A DNA stretch of 60,982 bases from an uncultured archaeon. GTDB taxonomy: Archaea; Asgardarchaeota; Thorarchaeia; Thorarchaeales; Thorarchaeaceae. Below the pieces are notes generated by a model. The model saw nothing but the letters and a program-made list of their open reading frames with translations. It ran no database searches and was not told the DNA's origin. Each line of letters starts with the position of its first letter. The stretch's first letter is position 1. The position numbers and the translations under genes are program-made. Below are positions 49,453 to 59,416 of this stretch, piece by piece. Location of the stretch: contig CAZSWP010000022.1 of the NCBI GenBank assembly GCA_964610875.1, forward strand, positions 1 to 60,982, read 5' to 3'.

Positions 49453-52400
49453 GTGGTAAGTAAATGCGGGTTCCGTATCTTGATATTTGCTATTTTTTCG
49501 ATTATGGTGTCTATCGCCGGGACTTTGTATATTTCCTATAATTCTGCGTTTTTGACTCCAAATCGAATTAATTCAAATACTGACATTAATACCAAATTGA
49601 TAGGAAGTTGGAAGGAAACCGGAGCTGTTGATTTTTTTGATTATACCGATTATGGGATACTTGCTGCGGGTGAGTCATTATTTTGTGTTCACTATAGCTC
49701 AGAAGATGACCTCTCTCTTTCCTCTGAATTAGATATTGGGTATGAGCTTATTGATATGGACATTCAAGGTAAGTATGCCTATATCATTGATAAATCAGAG
49801 TCTCTTAATATTGTGAACATTTCTAATATTTGCAATTTTCAGTTAATTACTAGGTATACTGGATTAAATACAGCAAAGAAAATCACAGTTAATGGTTCTA
49901 ATGCGTACATAGCATCGTATAGAAATGGGCTGAAAATCCTTGATATTTCAAATAGTACGGAACCTAAATTATGCAGTGGCATTAATTTTGAAGGAGAAGC
50001 TAGAGATTCAGAAGCAATAGGAAAGAATCTTCTAATTGCATCTGATGAAGGTCTTAAGATTTATGATTTATCAAATGCAAGTGAACCAGTAGAAATATCG
50101 ACAATGTCTAGTGTTGGCATTGCTCGAGGAATTACCATCAGAAGCAATACTGCGTACGTTGCATGTGATAGGGGTCTTAGAACGATTGACATTACGAATA
50201 TTTCAGATGCATCAATCTTGGATTATGTAATGACTGGTCACAATCCTTCTGATGTATTTCTTAATGAGGAAATTGCTTATGTGCCATCACCATCATCTGG
50301 TGTTGCTATTGTGAATATCAAGCATCCTGATGATCTAAATGTTCTTGGATCATTTGGAACGCTAGTTCCGGTTGTAGCAAAATCCTGGAATAACATAATG
50401 TGTGTTTGTGATTCAGTCTATGGATTTTTCTTATACATCATTGATTCAGATGGCGATGGTATTTCAGATATTGATGAAGCCGAGTATGGTACAAATCCTA
50501 CACTCTCAGATTCCGATGCTGATTTACTGTCTGACTACACAGAGATATTTGAAACTCAAACGGACCCTCTGAATCCAGATTCTGATTCAGATACATGTAC
50601 TGATGGCTGGGAGGTCCAATGGGGGTTTGATCCACTGCTTTTTGATTCTGATTTGGATCCTGATGATGATGACTTAACTAATGAGCAAGAATTTTTGCTC
50701 GGAACGAATCCGACCAATTGGGATTCTGACAACGATTCATTACCTGATTCAGAGATCTATGACTACGGTACTAATCCATTAAGCAGTGATTCTGACAATG
50801 ATACATTACCTGATGGTTATGAAGTAATGTTCGGATTAGATCCATTGGTTAATGATGCACAATCAGACAAAGACAATGATGGTTTAAGTAACATTCTTGA
50901 ATTCAACTTGGGAACAAATCCATCATCAATTGATACCGATAATGATGGTTTCTCCGATTATTACGAATATATGCATGACATGGATCCGTTGACCCCCAAT
51001 TTCTCATCCATATTATTTCCTGTTGCAGTGACTTTGCTTTTTTCAGCTATATCAATTGCTCCTTTTTTTGCCAAAAAAAGAAAATTTTCCATTTTTCAAA
51101 ACCACTTTAAGCGACCCCAATATGTAACAGAACAGGATACATTGGAACGGGTTGAAAATATTCTTCCCAAATTTGACTATTTGATACTTGAAGAAGATTT
51201 TGACTTGATTTCTAGCATCTATGATTACCTTTCTGATGTACTTGACAAATTCTTGAATATACACTATGATTTGGACAGTAAAGAATTTCATTCATTAAAG
51301 AAAAGGATAGCAGCAAGATACATGGCTTTACCGAATCTGCATCATTTAAAAACTAGGTCCTTAATCGTGTCCATTCTTGTCATCATTTCTTTGATACCTA
51401 GTATATTATTACGATACTTGCCAGCAGGTCTAACCTACTTTGTGTACACATACCCACTTTTCATAGCAATCACTGTTGGCTACTTCGAAAACAGAAAAAT
51501 AACATTGTTCTCATCTCTAAGTTCTTTATTCATAATGATGTTTACGAACCTATACTACCAAATTAATATCAACAGTATATTATCATTCTTGTACGCGACG
51601 GAATTCTTGATTCTACTTGTACTATCTGCAGTTATAATAGTGCTCACAGTAGCAATATCCAAAATAAAGCAGTTCCAAGAATTCAATTCAAGGATTGAGA
51701 GATACGTGTCAGCCGCTGATTACGCATTAGACTATGATAGGAATCTTGCATCTCTGCTTTATGAAAGAGTATTTGCGACTCTGAATGAAAGATCCAATTA
51801 CAATTACAGAAACCTTCCTGAATATCAAATATCACAATACAAACATGTAGTAATGCAGCTATCAAAACTGGAACCTGACAAGTATGACGAATCCATTTTG
51901 GATACACCTGACTCCTTTGATTCAATTTTGGAGGAAATGAAAGCACCTGCATATTCAACAACGGGTGATGTGAAGTCACTAAGAGGATGTGAACTCGTTG
52001 GCGGACATTTTGAATACAAAGTAAAGGTGGATAATGACTCAGGGTTTGTTATCACCAATGTGAGAGTTACAATCGTGTCCTATCCTGAGGAATCACTAAA
52101 TCTTACAGGGGATAGAATGAGGTCTGTAAACAGAATTGAAGTTGGTGGTTTCCGTTCACTACAATTTCTATTTGGTCCAACAAAAGACTGTGTAGAGGGT
52201 ACCATTCAGGCTTTGGTGTCATATACAAATCCTGAAAATGTGACCCAGAATATTGAGGTTCAGCCTTATACAATAAAATCTGTATGTGATTTACTGAAGA
52301 AGAAGGAGATTTCACTCGAAGGATTCATTGATGTTCAAAAAGACATGAATAAATCAAGCAAGGAGTTCTCTATTGATTGGAACTCTATTATTGCTTTCAA

Positions 52401-52788
52401 TAAAATCCAGCAAAATCTAACATCTAAGAATTTCCACATAGTAAGTCTTGAATCTGAAAGTGCAGGTGGTCAATTTATTGGTTCCATCCGAGGATTTGCT
52501 GAAGGAAAATATACGGGAAAAAGAATAGCTGTTATGATTTCTGTAACAGGATTTGAAGAAGGTGCTTCATCTCGAGTCCGAATAGATATACTCGGAGATG
52601 ATGTATCAATGCTACCAACAATCCTTTCAGAACTAGCAGATACCATAGATTCTTGGAATTGTATTAATTGTGGTGCGGCGTTTGACACTGCTGATGTCAT
52701 TATTCTAAAAACTGGAGGAACCGTAATATGTAGATTTTGTGAAACGGAAAATAGTGTTGAAAACCTTTCAGAGTTGAAATCAGAATAA
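49453..52788 (+). CDS. Receptor-like membrane protein: LVIVD propeller, TSP3-like Ca-binding repeats, 5 TM, cytoplasmic appendage-like module + zinc ribbon
   Basis: AYIASYRNGLKILDISNSTEP-type repeats; DSDGDGISDIDE...GTNP..DSD repeats; C-terminus homologous to the repeats of 47009-49366. Confidence 0.82.
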   Translation: MVSKCGFRILIFAIFSIMVSIAGTLYISYNSAFLTPNRINSNTDINTKLIGSWKETGAVDFFDYTDYGILAAGESLFCVHYSSEDDLSLSSELDIGYELIDMDIQGKYAYIIDKSESLNIVNISNICNFQLITRYTGLNTAKKITVNGSNAYIASYRNGLKILDISNSTEPKLCSGINFEGEARDSEAIGKNLLIASDEGLKIYDLSNASEPVEISTMSSVGIARGITIRSNTAYVACDRGLRTIDITNISDASILDYVMTGHNPSDVFLNEEIAYVPSPSSGVAIVNIKHPDDLNVLGSFGTLVPVVAKSWNNIMCVCDSVYGFFLYIIDSDGDGISDIDEAEYGTNPTLSDSDADLLSDYTEIFETQTDPLNPDSDSDTCTDGWEVQWGFDPLLFDSDLDPDDDDLTNEQEFLLGTNPTNWDSDNDSLPDSEIYDYGTNPLSSDSDNDTLPDGYEVMFGLDPLVNDAQSDKDNDGLSNILEFNLGTNPSSIDTDNDGFSDYYEYMHDMDPLTPNFSSILFPVAVTLLFSAISIAPFFAKKRKFSIFQNHFKRPQYVTEQDTLERVENILPKFDYLILEEDFDLISSIYDYLSDVLDKFLNIHYDLDSKEFHSLKKRIAARYMALPNLHHLKTRSLIVSILVIISLIPSILLRYLPAGLTYFVYTYPLFIAITVGYFENRKITLFSSLSSLFIMMFTNLYYQININSILSFLYATEFLILLVLSAVIIVLTVAISKIKQFQEFNSRIERYVSAADYALDYDRNLASLLYERVFATLNERSNYNYRNLPEYQISQYKHVVMQLSKLEPDKYDESILDTPDSFDSILEEMKAPAYSTTGDVKSLRGCELVGGHFEYKVKVDNDSGFVITNVRVTIVSYPEESLNLTGDRMRSVNRIEVGGFRSLQFLFGPTKDCVEGTIQALVSYTNPENVTQNIEVQPYTIKSVCDLLKKKEISLEGFIDVQKDMNKSSKEFSIDWNSIIAFNKIQQNLTSKNFHIVSLESESAGGQFIGSIRGFAEGKYTGKRIAVMISVTGFEEGASSRVRIDILGDDVSMLPTILSELADTIDSWNCINCGAAFDTADVIILKTGGTVICRFCETENSVENLSELKSE

Positions 52789-52814
52789 CTAGGAATTTGA
52801 AGGCATAACTACTA

Positions 52815-53300
52815 TCATATCATCCATTTCGGAACTTCTTCTTTGTATTGTAGAAATTCATCTCCAAATTTCTCTTCAAGAAGCATTTCTTCATAGTTTG
52901 CAAATTTCTTGTAAGCAATTGACAGGATTAGACAGAACCCCAGCGATATAAAGGACAGGGTTTGAAATGCTAGCCCAGTATAAAACAGCACTGTTCCTAA
53001 ATACATAGGATGCCTTGTCTTTGAAAATATGCCCTCAGTAACAAGAACTGGTTCATAGACATGGAAGAGATCTTTATGTGATCTGTCCATCAAGTATGCT
53101 CCAAATGCGAGGATTATTACTGCTGGTGGAATCGTTACCCAAAATGGGATACATGGTGCCGCAAAGATTGTCCAACGAATGAGAAAAGAATCCAATATCC
53201 AGATTATAAAAAAGACAATCATCAATATCATCTGGTACTCATGATTTCTAGGCATCTCACCTGAGAGATGTTCATGTCCTTCGCGTGGCATATTGTTCAC
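52815..53300 (-). CDS. Isoprenylcysteine carboxyl methyltransferase / PEMT family
   Basis: LVTEGIFSKTRHPMYLG, EEMLLEEKFGDEFLQYKEEVPKW. Confidence 0.88.
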   Translation of the reverse strand: MNNMPREGHEHLSGEMPRNHEYQMILMIVFFIIWILDSFLIRWTIFAAPCIPFWVTIPPAVIILAFGAYLMDRSHKDLFHVYEPVLVTEGIFSKTRHPMYLGTVLFYTGLAFQTLSFISLGFCLILSIAYKKFANYEEMLLEEKFGDEFLQYKEEVPKWMI

Positions 53301-53399
53301 ATGCTGGTAACATCAAGAACTGGAAAATTTGTTTGAAAGAATGAATTATCATTTGTGGGGTTTTTATTACTCTACTTAGACTAATTCTGGGTGGGATAA

Positions 53400-54536
53400 G
53401 TGAATAATGAGGAACAAATTCTAAACGCAATAAAGTGGCGACAGTATGATTACTTGGATAGACTTGTATCCTATGAGCTCAAGGAATGGGGCTGGTCATG
53501 TTTGAGGAAGACCCTTTGTACTAAGACTGAAAAAGCGATAACAGCAAGACTGAGAGACGGTCTTTTACACATCATGGGATTTAGTACGATACGGGGAATC
53601 GATGCTGACCCTCTCGAAATTGTAAAAGGAATGAAAACTGAAGTTGATTCTCTTTCAGAGCTTCGCGGCTTGTGTTTCAGGATAGGTGAGAGCATCCTAT
53701 CAGATATGATTGAATCAAGAAATACATTCTTTCTTGACCACGAGAGGATGGCTTCCGGTCCATTTGCAGGAATGATACCTCGAATACTAGAAGTGCGGAC
53801 GAGTGAGATTCATGAACTAGAATCTACTGTATCCAAGTGGGATATAGTACAGACTGCTTACGGGTTCTCTATTATAGCAACTGGGGGAGTCTTAACAGAC
53901 AGTAGAAGCCCTGACCATCAGAGATTAGGTGATGCTCTATTGAAGGTGGCTGGATCTCTTGGAAAAAGAATTGTAGTAACTTCAAGTCCACTTCGCTTAG
54001 GTTCTGAAATTCGTGGCTTTGAGAATTGTAGTGAAGCAACTCGGGAGTTACTTTGGCACATCTTACGATTCAAAACCTACAGAGGTAAGCAGAAGATTCG
54101 TCAGTCGGCAAAATACATTGAGAAACATGGGGATTCACGCATTGTTCATTTACTACATAATTACCTCTCAAACTCCAGATACTACTATACTGCTGTCAAG
54201 ATTATGAGAGCTCTAGGCAATATTGGTATGCCAGAGTCTGCAGAGTACTTGTCGCCTTTCCTAGAACGAACTGGTAATTGGCGGACCAGTGCATTTAGAG
54301 CTATATCCTCCATTCCTGGTGAAAGTGTAACTGACATGCTGGTTGAACGATATAAGACGGGTGCTCGATATAGATATCAGATCTTACGTACACTTTGGTC
54401 AAGACCGCCTCAAGAGATAATCAAGCATATTGATACACTAAAGAGAATCACAGACGGGTGGCAGAGAAGGAGAATTGATAATCTCGAATCACGAGCACTC
54501 AAGCACATTGAGAAACTTGTTGCAATTGAGTCCTAA
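53400..54536 (+). CDS. HEAT-repeat (PBS lyase-like) protein
   Basis: RALGNIGMPESAEYLSPFL, WRTSAFRAISSIPGESVTDML helical repeats. Confidence 0.7.
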   Translation: MNNEEQILNAIKWRQYDYLDRLVSYELKEWGWSCLRKTLCTKTEKAITARLRDGLLHIMGFSTIRGIDADPLEIVKGMKTEVDSLSELRGLCFRIGESILSDMIESRNTFFLDHERMASGPFAGMIPRILEVRTSEIHELESTVSKWDIVQTAYGFSIIATGGVLTDSRSPDHQRLGDALLKVAGSLGKRIVVTSSPLRLGSEIRGFENCSEATRELLWHILRFKTYRGKQKIRQSAKYIEKHGDSRIVHLLHNYLSNSRYYYTAVKIMRALGNIGMPESAEYLSPFLERTGNWRTSAFRAISSIPGESVTDMLVERYKTGARYRYQILRTLWSRPPQEIIKHIDTLKRITDGWQRRRIDNLESRALKHIEKLVAIES

Positions 54537-54949
54537 GCACTTCCTATAGTTGCACCACAGAATGAACAAAGTATTCTCTCCCCCTTTGACATACTCTTGA
54601 GTTCTGAATCTGGTATCATTGCTCCACAAGTTGGACATCGATATGAAACAAGCTGTGAGTGATGTGCAGATAATTCTGACCATTGAGGGGTTAACACTAT
54701 CTCCTCACTCTTTGACACTCCCACAATAGATGAAGGAATACCATCTACTCTTTTTATTGTGACAATTGGATGATATCTTCCGCCGCTATCGAGCTCGCTT
54801 TCCTTTTTCTCGACATCTCTCTTTGCTATGAAATAAAGAGCTGCAAAGATAAGAAAAATGAAGCAAATGATAAAATCGTAAAAAGCCGTATTGTCTAATT
54901 GCAATAGTAGAGCGAACACGATACTCCCTTCAAGCTTGTTATTACTCAA
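54533..54949 (-). CDS. Single-TM protein with C-terminal CxxCG-x18-CxxC zinc ribbon
   Basis: FIICFIFLIFAALYFIAKR; CPTCGAMIPDSELKSMSKGERILCSFC. Confidence 0.7.
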   Translation of the reverse strand: MSNNKLEGSIVFALLLQLDNTAFYDFIICFIFLIFAALYFIAKRDVEKKESELDSGGRYHPIVTIKRVDGIPSSIVGVSKSEEIVLTPQWSELSAHHSQLVSYRCPTCGAMIPDSELKSMSKGERILCSFCGATIGSA

Positions 54950-55009
54950 GACAAAATAATGTTTTCAAACATACTCACAATTCTGTGCAATACCATAAAT
55001 AGATAGGTT

Positions 55010-55046
55010 TCAAAAAGAAGAGAATAGAGGGCTGATGTGGCCCTCT
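55010..55046 (-). terminator. Hairpin + T-tract terminator of AOR gene
   Basis: agagggc...gccctct; T-rich tract follows on the minus strand. Confidence 0.55.
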
Positions 55047-55058
55047 CATGTAGACAAT

Positions 55059-57245
55059 TTATGCCCAAGCTTCATCGCTTTCTGGAAGCGTGTCCTTTGG
55101 AGGATCAGAGCTTTCGAATTTCTTGACTATCTCAACCACTTCAGGTATCCAATCAAGATCCAGATTCTTTATCTTCTCCATACTGGGAACACCATTTCGA
55201 GTCCAGCCACGTCTCTTGTAAGCCGCATCTGTGAGAAGTCTATAGCGTTCCTCTCGATACTCGCGAAGTCGCTTGTTCTTCTCAGTTGTTGACATCCCAT
55301 TGATATCAACACCCAGCTCCTTCAGTTGCTCATCATAGCGATCCTGACGTGATTCGTATTCCCAATCTGTCACAGGACCTGCACTTCTGTAAGGAATAAA
55401 AGAATCATGTAATCGTAGACCCTTGCCCTGACGTATGTTGAAGATTCGCTGGAAATTGTAGACCTTTTCAGAGTCATGAATGAGGTCTTCTCCTTTTGTA
55501 GGTCTTCCAGTTACTGCTTCGAAAAATTGTGCGTAGAACTCGACATGCTTTGGTACTTTTGCTGGTTCGTCAGTCTCTTTGTTGTTAGCGGGTACTACAT
55601 CGTTCCACGGCAACTTACACAGTCCATTCAGCCCAAACCATGTTCTCCACATTGGGAAGTAGTGTAATGCCTCGGCCTTGTCTTCGAATGTTGGCATGTA
55701 GTTGTGTACCATGTCAAGGAAGATAAGCCATGCTTCATCATGCTGAGGTCCTTTGAGCGTAAGTCCATAACCACCCTGTTGAGCAAGACTCTCCTTGGTG
55801 ACATATTCAGAGTACTCGAGTCCTTTGTGTTGCATACCTATGTCGTGCATGTGTTTTTCATCAATACCAAACTCTTTAGCAAAGTATCCCTGCAAATAGG
55901 CAACACCTTTACCAAAGTGCTTTCCACCGAAGCCTTTGCCTTCAGCCATCTCATGAAGTACTGCAAGTGCTTCTTCTGCGGCTCCCCACTTGAGTTTATG
56001 ACCACCAGTGGCTTTTTGATCAATGTAGCCTTCTTCAAATAACTCCATCACAAAACCCATTGTTGTGCCAAAGCTAATAGTGTCGATTCCGTAAGCATCA
56101 CAGTAGAAATTTAACTCAGCAACCTCATACGGATTAAAGACACCTATGTTTGAACCACAACCAGCTATGGTTTCATACTCTGGACCATCAACAACTACGG
56201 TCTTACCTTTGAATGGACCCGTCTTTGGCTCAAAGCCTTCAATACAGTGTGAGCAGTTGATTGCACACGGTCTCCAGCAACCATCCCAACCCTTTCCACA
56301 GTTTGTGAAAATATCTTCCCAGACATCACCGTAGAGATTCTTGGCTTCTGGATCACTTCCGGTTCGAAAGTTTCTGGTCGGCAGTAGGTCAAACTCATCC
56401 ATAATCGATGGTAAGTGACCTGTTCCAATGACACGCATTCTGTTTTGTTTGGGGTCAAGTTGCAGAATCTCCCGTGAATGTTCCCGACCAACCTCTTTGA
56501 CAGCATCCAAGTCTGCAGGATTTATCATCTCAAGTCGTATTCTCTCAAATTTACAGACAAGTGCCTTGATTTTCTTGTTACGGAAGACTGAACCAATTCC
56601 ACCTCTTCCAGCCTGTTTGTACCGTGGCATGTCTCTACGCATATCCCACCATGAGAAGTTCAGACAACCCATGTAAGCATGTTCAGCAGCAGGTCCTGCA
56701 GTAACCACTGACATATCCTTTCCCTCTTTCTCGGTGTGTCGATCACTAAGGACTCTGGTAATCTCATATGCCGTATCCGGTAGGTCTGTGGCATCATGAA
56801 TCTCGATTATTCCCTTATCTCCGTCAATGAATACATAGATGTCTTTATCGGCCTTTCCCTGAATCTCCAAGGCATCGAATCCTGCCATCTTGAGATTTGG
56901 TCCAAAATATCCCCCCACATTACTATCAATCGGGATTCCTGTCGCAGGGGAGATTGATGTGACAATTGATTTTCCTGCACCGGGATATTGAGTCACTCCA
57001 CCGAGAGGTCCTGTTCCGATACAGATTTCATTCTCAGGGTCATCCCACTTGATAATGCGATCTTTTGGTAGACCATTCCACATAAGCCAAAGATCAAAAC
57101 CCTTGCCTCCTGTGAATGTGTCTTTCATTTTCTCGTCAACAGGTTTAATCTTAATCTCATTAGTTCCAACATTGATATAGAGGGTCTGGTTTGTATACCC
57201 CTTTTCTAATGTTGGAATATCATACTTGAACTCCTTCAGTGCCAT
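55059..57245 (-). CDS. aor: Aldehyde:ferredoxin oxidoreductase family (second, longer paralogue)
   Basis: FTGGKGF, DSNVGGYFG, QAGRGGIG, CWRPCAINC, DGPEYET, CDAYGIDTIS, KGLE. Confidence 0.92.
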   Translation of the reverse strand: MALKEFKYDIPTLEKGYTNQTLYINVGTNEIKIKPVDEKMKDTFTGGKGFDLWLMWNGLPKDRIIKWDDPENEICIGTGPLGGVTQYPGAGKSIVTSISPATGIPIDSNVGGYFGPNLKMAGFDALEIQGKADKDIYVFIDGDKGIIEIHDATDLPDTAYEITRVLSDRHTEKEGKDMSVVTAGPAAEHAYMGCLNFSWWDMRRDMPRYKQAGRGGIGSVFRNKKIKALVCKFERIRLEMINPADLDAVKEVGREHSREILQLDPKQNRMRVIGTGHLPSIMDEFDLLPTRNFRTGSDPEAKNLYGDVWEDIFTNCGKGWDGCWRPCAINCSHCIEGFEPKTGPFKGKTVVVDGPEYETIAGCGSNIGVFNPYEVAELNFYCDAYGIDTISFGTTMGFVMELFEEGYIDQKATGGHKLKWGAAEEALAVLHEMAEGKGFGGKHFGKGVAYLQGYFAKEFGIDEKHMHDIGMQHKGLEYSEYVTKESLAQQGGYGLTLKGPQHDEAWLIFLDMVHNYMPTFEDKAEALHYFPMWRTWFGLNGLCKLPWNDVVPANNKETDEPAKVPKHVEFYAQFFEAVTGRPTKGEDLIHDSEKVYNFQRIFNIRQGKGLRLHDSFIPYRSAGPVTDWEYESRQDRYDEQLKELGVDINGMSTTEKNKRLREYREERYRLLTDAAYKRRGWTRNGVPSMEKIKNLDLDWIPEVVEIVKKFESSDPPKDTLPESDEAWA

Positions 57246-57493
57246 GATTACTCACCATCAAATTCAAACTAATTCACTACATTATCTACTGCTCATAGTG
57301 CTATGTTGCCTTTGCGGTCTTAGGACACATTTGAGTCTTATCGTAGCCGACTTGTACAGCTGTGCATATTGCTTCCAAGGTCAGTGCTAGAATTATTGTT
57401 TTTCCAGAGTTTTTACGAAAACAATTATTTATCCTAATGTTGCCTCTGACGTTGATATTATTAGGACTACCTGATGGACAGTATTCCCAGTAA

Positions 57494-59416
57494 TTGCGGC
57501 ATAGGAAGGAGCCACTCTTGAATAACTATATTTCCATCTTAGAAGAAGCACTAACAGATGTCAACTTCAGAAAATTGTTGGCGATTCCAAATAGACGTGT
57601 CCATAGGTTCGTAGCTGAAGCAATACACCTCTGCAAACCAATGAAAGTTTTCGTTTGCAATGATTCAAAGATGGACACGGAATATATTCGCAGAACTGCT
57701 ATTGCAAGAGGAGAAGAGACCCCATTAGCGAATCCCTATCATACTGTTCACTATGATGGGTTCTATGATCAAGCCAGAGACAAAGAACATACAATCTATC
57801 TAGTACCTGAGGAGGATACCCTTGGAGAGAACCTAGCACAGATGGAACGCCAAAAAGGATTAGATATTGTTCGTAAAAGACTTGATGGAAGTATGGAAAA
57901 CAAAAAGATGGTTGTAAGATTCTTCTGTCTTGGTCCTCTTGATTCCCCATTTTCAATACCCTGTATACAGATCACAGACTCATTCTATGTCGCTCACAGT
58001 GAGGATTTATTATACAGACGAGGATATGACTATTTCCGAAGATTACCCGAGAACCGAGAAATCTTATGGATGCTTCACTCATCTGGAAAACTTGCTCATG
58101 CTGTCAGCTGGGACTGGAAGAAACGTGGCGTCATGATTGATTATAAGGAAAATACCGTATACAGTGTTAATACCCAATATGCTGGCAATACCATTGGTCT
58201 AAAGAAACTTGCATTACGATTAGCGATACGAAAAGCAGACAGAGAAGGTTGGCTTGCAGAACATATGTTCCTTATGGCTATGAAAGGCCCTCAACAGAGA
58301 AAGACATACTTCACTGGAGCTTTTCCCTCCGGATGTGGAAAGACTAGCACATCCATGGTCAGAGGTACAAATATCGTGGGTGACGACCTCGCTTACATCC
58401 GCGAAATTGACGGTAAAGCAAGAGCGGTGAATGTTGAGAGAGGAATATTCGGCATCATTCGGTCTGTTTCAGAACGCGACGATCCTCTCATTTGGGATGT
58501 ACTGCATTCAACACAGCCTGCAATTTTCTCAAATGTACTAATCAATGAGGATGCTGAACCCCGTTGGTTAGAAGATGGTCGAGAGGCTCCTACGAAGGGT
58601 GTAAACTTCTCTGGTGAATGGTGGGAAGGCAAGAAAGATCAAGATGGAAATGAAATACCATTTGCCCACAAGAATGCTCGCTATACAATCAGTCTTGTTG
58701 GTCTGCCGAATCTTGATGATTCACTTGAGGATCCAAGAGGTGTTGAAGTTGGTGGTATCATATATGGTGGTCGGGATGCTGATACTTGGGTTCCTGTTCA
58801 GGAAGCGTTTGGATGGGACCATGGAGTCATTACTATGGGTGCAAGTCTTGAATCTGAAACCACGGCAGCTACACTTGGACCTAGTGGAGTACGCAAATTT
58901 CAACCTTTCTCAAATATGGATTTCGTGTCAATATCACTTGGCAAGTACATTCAGAATCATCTTGATTTTGCTAAACAATTGCAAGAAATACCAAAGATAT
59001 TCAGTGTCAACTATTTCCTGAAGAATGCCGATGGAGATTATATTAGTGATAGGCAGGATAAGAGAGTCTGGTTACAATGGATGGAAAAACGCGTTCATGG
59101 TGATGTTGACGCAATAAGTACACCAACAGGTTTCATTCCAAAGTTTGATGATATTGAAAACATGTTTGAGGAGTATCTGGATAAGGAGTATACCAAAGAG
59201 GAGTATGTTCAGCAATTCACTCTTCGCGTTCCTGAGCATTTGGCGAAGATAGAGCGTATTGAACAAATCTATAGGACAACTGTACCAGATACGCCTGAGA
59301 TGCTCTTTATCCTATTAGAAGAACAACGGCAACGTATCATTCAAGCTAGGGCTGAACATGGGGATAGGATATCTCCCAAGAAACTGCTCGAAATAGATGC
59401 TGCACCTGTTCAATAA
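57494..59416 (+). CDS. pckG: Phosphoenolpyruvate carboxykinase (GTP)
   Basis: YAGNTIGLKKLALR, WLAEHM, AFPSGCGKTS, VGDDLAY, HKNARY, IIYGGRD, ESETTAA. Confidence 0.95.
   Translation: MRHRKEPLLNNYISILEEALTDVNFRKLLAIPNRRVHRFVAEAIHLCKPMKVFVCNDSKMDTEYIRRTAIARGEETPLANPYHTVHYDGFYDQARDKEHTIYLVPEEDTLGENLAQMERQKGLDIVRKRLDGSMENKKMVVRFFCLGPLDSPFSIPCIQITDSFYVAHSEDLLYRRGYDYFRRLPENREILWMLHSSGKLAHAVSWDWKKRGVMIDYKENTVYSVNTQYAGNTIGLKKLALRLAIRKADREGWLAEHMFLMAMKGPQQRKTYFTGAFPSGCGKTSTSMVRGTNIVGDDLAYIREIDGKARAVNVERGIFGIIRSVSERDDPLIWDVLHSTQPAIFSNVLINEDAEPRWLEDGREAPTKGVNFSGEWWEGKKDQDGNEIPFAHKNARYTISLVGLPNLDDSLEDPRGVEVGGIIYGGRDADTWVPVQEAFGWDHGVITMGASLESETTAATLGPSGVRKFQPFSNMDFVSISLGKYIQNHLDFAKQLQEIPKIFSVNYFLKNADGDYISDRQDKRVWLQWMEKRVHGDVDAISTPTGFIPKFDDIENMFEEYLDKEYTKEEYVQQFTLRVPEHLAKIERIEQIYRTTVPDTPEMLFILLEEQRQRIIQARAEHGDRISPKKLLEIDAAPVQ

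Noticed and set aside
50440-51000. Repetitive gattctga(t/c) DNA as a repeat array
   Set aside because: Explained by coding DSD/TSP3-like protein repeats
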